In this document: one piece after another, positions 59,161 through 64,000 of the stretch
How positions within the stretch are numbered: the stretch's first letter is position 1
Layout: each line of letters opens with the position of its first letter
Assembly (NCBI GenBank): GCA_965216755.1
Contig: CBDCGL010000011.1
Span: forward strand, 2,528,001-2,592,000
Direction: 5' to 3'
DNA length: 64,000 nucleotides
Origin: Alphaproteobacteria bacterium
GTDB lineage: Bacteria; Pseudomonadota; Alphaproteobacteria; UBA7887
Position numbers and translations under genes: made by a program
The notes under the pieces: model-generated
The model's input: the letters and a program-made list of their open reading frames with translations, nothing else
What the model was told of the DNA's origin: nothing
Database searches by the model: none

Positions 59161-59643
59161 TCAAAGGCGGGCCAGAATATTCTCCGCGCTCGACACGTCC
59201 AGACCGGGGCCGTCTTCCACCGCCAGCGCCGATACCGTGCCATTGTCCACCACCATGGCATAGCGCTGCGAACGCGTGCCCATGCCGAAACCGCTGGCAT
59301 CCAGTTGTAGGCCCACGGCACGGGTGAAGTCGGCATTGCCATCGGCCAGCATCAATACCGAATCGCCAACGCCCTGATTCTCGCCCCATGCGTTCATGAC
59401 AAAGGCGTCATTGACCGACAGACATGCGATGGTGTCCACACCCTTGGCCTTGATCGCCGCCGCGTTGCCGACAAATCCCGGCAGATGCTTCGCTGAACAG
59501 GTCGGTGTGAATGCGCCGGGTAGTGCAAACAAAACAACCTTCTTGCCCGCGAATAACTCGTCGGTCGTGATTTCCTGCATGCCGTCCCGATTCATATGTT
59601 TCAGCGTCACCGACGGCACCTTCTCACCCACTCCGATCGCCAT
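59161..59643 (-). CDS. Peroxiredoxin (Prx5 type)
   Basis: PGAFTPTCSAKHLP, SVNDAFVM and RSQRYAM; GGAGG RBS. Confidence 0.95.
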   Translation of the reverse strand: MAIGVGEKVPSVTLKHMNRDGMQEITTDELFAGKKVVLFALPGAFTPTCSAKHLPGFVGNAAAIKAKGVDTIACLSVNDAFVMNAWGENQGVGDSVLMLADGNADFTRAVGLQLDASGFGMGTRSQRYAMVVDNGTVSALAVEDGPGLDVSSAENILARL

Positions 59644-59806
59644 CACATCACCTCCCAAACTGCTATCACGAATTGAACCATACCCGACAGCGGTCGCGCC
59701 GAGTAACTCTCGATGGCCGCAATATGGGGGCAAGTTTATCCCGGTCAAAGACAGAAAACGCAACGCTCACCAGATCGCCAAGCACAACCTTGGATCCGAA
59801 CGCCGC

Positions 59807-62014
59807 TCAATCGGCGGCCGCGTGGACTCGGCCAGAAGCATCGTCGAGGGCCGCCCGCACATCGGTTTTGGACAAGAGCTCGGACAGCACAATCCCGTCT
59901 GGTGCCCCAGGTCCGTAGACAACATTGAACGGAATCCCATAGCGCCCGAAGGATGCCAGGAATGCCGCGATGGCCGGATCGGGCAGGGTCCAATCTGCCT
60001 TCATTGCGACAATGTCGGTCGACGCGAACAGTCCGCGCACCTCCTCACTTTCAAGCACAAATTGCTTGTTGACCTTGCACGTGATGCACCAGTCCGCCGT
60101 GACATCGACAAACACGATCTTTTCGGCGGCGACCAATTCCGGGATGGCTTCGCGCTCGAAGGCGGTCCACGCGATCGCGGACTCGTCTGTGGCCGCACCG
60201 GAAACGGGTAATGCCACCGTGGTCGTCCCAAGAAACGTGGGTGCCGCCAGCGCCAGCGCCGCGCAGGCCGCGACCGCCGGAACGGCAACGCGCTGCAGCG
60301 ACGCGACCGGCGTCCACCGCGCCGCCAGCGCCAATCCGACGACAGCCATCAACACAGCGATCAACGCGGCCGCGGCCAGCCCCGACTGAATCGCCAACAC
60401 CGACAGCAACCACACCGCGGTCGCCACCAACGTCAAAGCCAAGGCCCATCTGAGCCAAATCATCCAGCGGCCCGGCCTTGGCAACCGCGCGGCCAGCCCG
60501 GGCGCGGCCGCGATGATCAGATAGGGTGCCGCCATACCGATCCCGAGAGCCAGAAAGATTGCCAAGATTTCGACCCAGCCACGACTCAGCGCAAAGCCCA
60601 CCGCCGTGCCCAAAAACGGTGCCGAGCAGGGCGTCGCCAGAAGGGTCGCCAGCGCGCCGGTCAAAAAACTGGCGCCCAAGGCCGGTTCCGCCCCCCGGTC
60701 CGCGGCGTCTACGCGCACCGCCGCCGCGCCCACCCATTGCGGCATCGCGATGTCGAACAATCCAAATAGATTGTAGGCAAATAACATAATCACGACGATC
60801 ATGAAGGCGAGGAAAACGGGTTGTTGGAACTGCGCGCCCCAACCGATCGCCGCCCCGGCATATTTCAATCCGATCGCTGCCGCGGCCAAGAGCAGGAACG
60901 ACACGACGATGCCCGCGGCCGAGGCCAAGAAACTCAGCGTGATGGTCCGGCGCGCGGCACCGGCATGTTTGATGACGCCAAACAGCTTCACCGACAGCAC
61001 CGGCAAGACACAGGGCATCAAATTCAAGATCAGACCGCCCAAAAGCGCCGCACCGATCATTGCCAAGAAAGACGCCGCATGTCCCGCCGGCGGCGTCTCC
61101 GCGGCATCGTCGGCGGGGGGCTTCATCGGTGCTGTCCGATCCGGCACGGACGCCAGCGTGAACGAAGCACCGCGCCGGCCATCGACCAATGTCACCATCA
61201 CGGCGTGGTCCGACAATTCCCCGCCTTTGGCCCCCTGCACATGAGCCGTCAACACCGCGCGACGGCCCCCGTCCTCGAGCCGCCGGTCGCCAGACCCAAA
61301 GCGCACGCCGCCCGGGCCTTCGACAAACAATGCCGGGTCCTCGAATGGGATCACTGAGCTGGCGACAACTTCCAGAATCCGCGGTGCGGTCGGGTCATCC
61401 AGGGCCGCGCGCACGATCTCCATGCCGGCCTCGCCGGGGGCGGCTGGCACACGCGCCGCATACTTGTCGATCAGCTGCGCGAAATCGGATGGCGTCGCCG
61501 GCCCGGCCGGCAGGTCAAGCGCGACATTTGCGGTCAGCGGCACGCAGATCTTTTCGCATGCTTGGTAGTCGACCACCGCGCGTAGGGCGAGCGGTTGGCC
61601 GACTTGATCAAGACGTACGTCAATCGGCAAGACGACCTGATCGGTGTAGCCGGCGGTTTCCAAATCGCCGAGCTCCGTGAACCGTTGCGGTGCCGGCCAG
61701 GAAATGTCCGCAGCCGCAAAATTCTCAGAATCATCAAATTGAGGTCGTGGCGGCAAACCGGCATCGCCGGGCGTGCGCCAATAGATCTTCCAGCCTTCGG
61801 CCAAACGAAATTGCAGGCCGACCCGAACGCTGTCCGCCTGGCCGACGGCTTGCACCGCCGAAATCAGCCGGACTTCGCTCATCTCTGTCTGATCCCAGGT
61901 CGACGACATGCCATGGCTGGCCCCGGCGCCAAAACAGGCGCCCGCGACCATCGAAATGGCCCCCGCCAATCGCCGCCCCCAGATGCATCGATGCTGACCG
62001 AATCGCTTCGTCAT
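59807..62014 (-). CDS. DsbD/ScsB-family thiol:disulfide interchange protein
   Basis: GWKIYWRTPGDAG, CEKIC, NLMPCVLPVL, ATPCSAP and thioredoxin motif WCITC. Confidence 0.92.
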   Translation of the reverse strand: MTKRFGQHRCIWGRRLAGAISMVAGACFGAGASHGMSSTWDQTEMSEVRLISAVQAVGQADSVRVGLQFRLAEGWKIYWRTPGDAGLPPRPQFDDSENFAAADISWPAPQRFTELGDLETAGYTDQVVLPIDVRLDQVGQPLALRAVVDYQACEKICVPLTANVALDLPAGPATPSDFAQLIDKYAARVPAAPGEAGMEIVRAALDDPTAPRILEVVASSVIPFEDPALFVEGPGGVRFGSGDRRLEDGGRRAVLTAHVQGAKGGELSDHAVMVTLVDGRRGASFTLASVPDRTAPMKPPADDAAETPPAGHAASFLAMIGAALLGGLILNLMPCVLPVLSVKLFGVIKHAGAARRTITLSFLASAAGIVVSFLLLAAAAIGLKYAGAAIGWGAQFQQPVFLAFMIVVIMLFAYNLFGLFDIAMPQWVGAAAVRVDAADRGAEPALGASFLTGALATLLATPCSAPFLGTAVGFALSRGWVEILAIFLALGIGMAAPYLIIAAAPGLAARLPRPGRWMIWLRWALALTLVATAVWLLSVLAIQSGLAAAALIAVLMAVVGLALAARWTPVASLQRVAVPAVAACAALALAAPTFLGTTTVALPVSGAATDESAIAWTAFEREAIPELVAAEKIVFVDVTADWCITCKVNKQFVLESEEVRGLFASTDIVAMKADWTLPDPAIAAFLASFGRYGIPFNVVYGPGAPDGIVLSELLSKTDVRAALDDASGRVHAAAD

Positions 62015-62114
62015 GATGGCTGTAATATAGAGATCTTAGGCGATATTTGTCGGTCGTTTGCGGTCACTTCCGCGCGACCTTGCCGAACCGGCATCGAAGC
62101 CTTACTTTGGCTTT

Positions 62115-62690
62115 ATGACAGAATCCGATGACCATGGCGGCTATCTTTCCGGGCATTTGCTGATTGCCATGCCGCAAATGGGCGATCCGCGATTTGCGCG
62201 CACGGTCGTCTATATGTGCGCCCATAACGCCGACGGCGCAATGGGTTTGGTCGTCAATAAGCTTTTGGGATCATTGACGTTTGGCGAGTTGATGAAGCAG
62301 ATGGGCATCGAGACTGGCGACGCCGACGATCATATTCAGATTCATTTCGGCGGGCCTGTGGAATCGAGCCGCGGCTTTGTCTTGCACACACCCGACTATC
62401 ACAGCGAAGCGACGCTGCAAGTCGATGACTTGTTCGCGTTGACCTCGACCGTCGATGTGTTGCGCTCAATCGCCGGCGGCCAAGGGCCAAAGCAAGCCAT
62501 TCTCGCGCTCGGCTATGCGGGTTGGGCGCCCGGTCAGTTGGACCAAGAAATCCAAAATAATGGCTGGCTGCACGCACCAGCCGATCACAGCCTTGTCTTT
62601 GGCCACGACCAAGAAAACAAATGGGAGCAGGCGGTCGGCAAAGTCGGTATCGACTTGCGCCTACTGTCGACCGAGGCCGGCCACGCTTAG
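62115..62690 (+). CDS. YqgE/AlgH family protein
   Basis: LLIAMP, GAMGLVVN, GGPVE, RGFVLH, LGYAGW and terminal AGHA. Confidence 0.95.
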   Translation: MTESDDHGGYLSGHLLIAMPQMGDPRFARTVVYMCAHNADGAMGLVVNKLLGSLTFGELMKQMGIETGDADDHIQIHFGGPVESSRGFVLHTPDYHSEATLQVDDLFALTSTVDVLRSIAGGQGPKQAILALGYAGWAPGQLDQEIQNNGWLHAPADHSLVFGHDQENKWEQAVGKVGIDLRLLSTEAGHA

Positions 62691-62734
62691 CTTTCTTATC
62701 CCGGTGTCCCGGTGGTCCCGTTGTCCCGGTGTCC

Positions 62735-62819
62735 CGGTGACAGTTTACTAAATACACTATATATGGCGGCCCCATTATAGATGCCCACATCATGTTGTGT
62801 ATTTAGTAAACTGTCACCG
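62735..62819. repeat. REPIN/MITE-like element copy B
   Basis: 23-bp perfect inverted repeat CGGTGACAGTTTACTAAATACAC at 62735-62757 / 62797-62819 with a 39-nt spacer; preceded by GTCCCGGT-type short tandem repeats. Confidence 0.88.
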
Positions 62820-62946
62820 AGACCACCGAGACGTGGCTAGTCGGTTTTCAAGCGCGCCGTTGCCGGCTCGGTAAATACTTTTGGTTTGCGTCGGCGCCGG
62901 CGGACCATGACACCGACCGGCGCCAAAACGGGAACCGGCCGCGTCC

Positions 62947-63031
62947 CGGTGACAGTTTACTAAATACACTATATATGGCGGCCCCATTATAGATGCCCAC
63001 ATCATGTTGTGTATTTAGTAAACTGTCACCG
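62947..63031. repeat. REPIN/MITE-like element copy C (identical to copy B)
   Basis: Copy B shifted by 212 bp. Confidence 0.85.
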
Positions 63032-63048
63032 AGACCACCGAGACGTGG

Positions 63049-63735
63049 CTAGTCGGTTTTCAAGCGCGCCGTTGCCGGCTCGGTAAATACTTTTGGTTTG
63101 CGTCGGCGCCGGCGGACCATGACACCGACCGGCGCCAAAACGGGAACCGGCCGCGCGTCGCTATGTAGCATGCCAAACAGAATATGATCCTGCCACTTGC
63201 CGGCGATGCGCAAATATTGTCGTGCGTAGCCTTCTTCGCTGAAGCCAACCTTGCGCAATAGCATTTGGCTGGCCCGATTGGACGGCAGGCAGGCCGCCTC
63301 CAGCCGATGCAGCTTCAAGGAATCAAAAGCAAAGGCCAGTGTCGCCGCCAACGCCTCGGTCATGTAACCCTGACGCGCAAAGGCCTCGCCAACCCAATAG
63401 CCGATGCTGCACGTTTGCGCGACACCGCGGCGAACATTGTTCAGCGATATGCTACCGATCAGGACGTCATCCTCGGCGCGAAAGACGAAAAAGGTGTAAC
63501 CCGAATCGACGTTCGAATGCAGCGCGTAGGCACGCAAGCGACGCAGAAATGCCTTTCGGGTCAGGGCATCACGCGGCCAGGTCGGCTCCCACGGTGCCAA
63601 AAAGGCACGGCTGGCGCCACGCAATGCCACCCACGGCCGCCAATCGCCACGCTGTGGCGGCCGCAGATAGACCCGACCGGCGCGGATCGGCCTGCCGCGC
63701 ATGGATTCGGAAAAAGCTTTGAACAGACCGATCAC
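63049..63735 (-). CDS. RimJ-like GNAT N-acetyltransferase
   Basis: FLAPWEPTW, NVRRGVAQTCSIGYW, LHRLEAACLP and YLRIAGKWQDH. Confidence 0.9.
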   Translation of the reverse strand: MIGLFKAFSESMRGRPIRAGRVYLRPPQRGDWRPWVALRGASRAFLAPWEPTWPRDALTRKAFLRRLRAYALHSNVDSGYTFFVFRAEDDVLIGSISLNNVRRGVAQTCSIGYWVGEAFARQGYMTEALAATLAFAFDSLKLHRLEAACLPSNRASQMLLRKVGFSEEGYARQYLRIAGKWQDHILFGMLHSDARPVPVLAPVGVMVRRRRRKPKVFTEPATARLKTD

Positions 63736-63998
63736 CGGGTCCTCCGCATGACGAACCGAAAAGCGTCGCCCTGTCGGTCGCTGGCGAGGAGTTCATGGCC
63801 GGTGACCGCGCAAAAATTGGCAAAATCCTCGACCGCCGTCGGATCGGTCGCCAGCACTGTCAGTCGGCTGCCGATCGGCACACCCCGTATTGCCTTCTTC
63901 GCCTTCAATACAGGCAAGGGGCACGCCAGCCCGCGCGCATCCAATTGCGCATCAGCCTTGTCATCCGTCTCGTGACGTTCTTCGGTGATTGTTCGCAC
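63732..63998 (-). CDS. TusA-family sulfurtransferase (start uncertain at the window edge)
   Basis: LDARGLACPLPVLKAKKA, ATDP and FC..TGHEL. Confidence 0.9.
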   Translation of the reverse strand: MRTITEERHETDDKADAQLDARGLACPLPVLKAKKAIRGVPIGSRLTVLATDPTAVEDFANFCAVTGHELLASDRQGDAFRFVMRRTR

Positions 63999-64000
63999 CT

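Larger units (their letters stand above)
62731..63154. repeat. Exact tandem duplication of a 212-bp unit (62731-62942 and 62943-63154)
   Basis: Direct base-by-base comparison; the unit is the hairpin element plus the 3' end of the RimJ-like gene. Confidence 0.92.

Noticed and set aside
62731-63154. CRISPR array
   Set aside because: The repeats alternate in orientation, the interiors of the two adjacent copies are identical, and there are no cas genes
1-64000. tRNA, rRNA, transposase, integrase, reverse transcriptase or prophage genes
   Set aside because: No recognisable motifs were found by eye

Overview
GC-rich alphaproteobacterial chromosomal segment, judged from gene content and order. 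The left third (1-31088) is mostly metabolism and transport: a peptide/nickel-type ABC importer, pmtA, pepN, a CYTH-CHAD protein, two tandem flavoproteins, bioF/bioD/bioA, a cold-shock protein, idnD/idnO and a more AT-rich insert encoding an S8 protease and a lipoprotein. The right end (51362-64000) is core alphaproteobacterial content: gcvT-H-PA-PB under a tandem glycine riboswitch, thrB-rnhA, a peroxiredoxin, a DsbD-like protein, YqgE/AlgH, a RimJ-like protein and TusA. The best candidate for an undescribed system is the ~19 kb accessory block at 31229-49980. Its minus-strand arm runs: exported protein > CHASE2 adenylate cyclase > heme-oxygenase-like diiron enzyme > LuxI/FeeM-like acyltransferase fused to a cNMP-binding domain > FkbM methyltransferase. 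The rest of the block encodes a Sel1 protein, a membrane-anchored single-domain Clp AAA+ ATPase, a giant coiled-coil OmpA/MotB-domain protein, an OmpA protein, a second Sel1 protein and an exported Sel1/coiled-coil/caspase. Also present are a REPIN/MITE-like hairpin family (3 copies), an exact 212-bp tandem duplication and a frameshifted Baeyer-Villiger monooxygenase remnant. All family calls come from motif recognition by eye; no searches were run.
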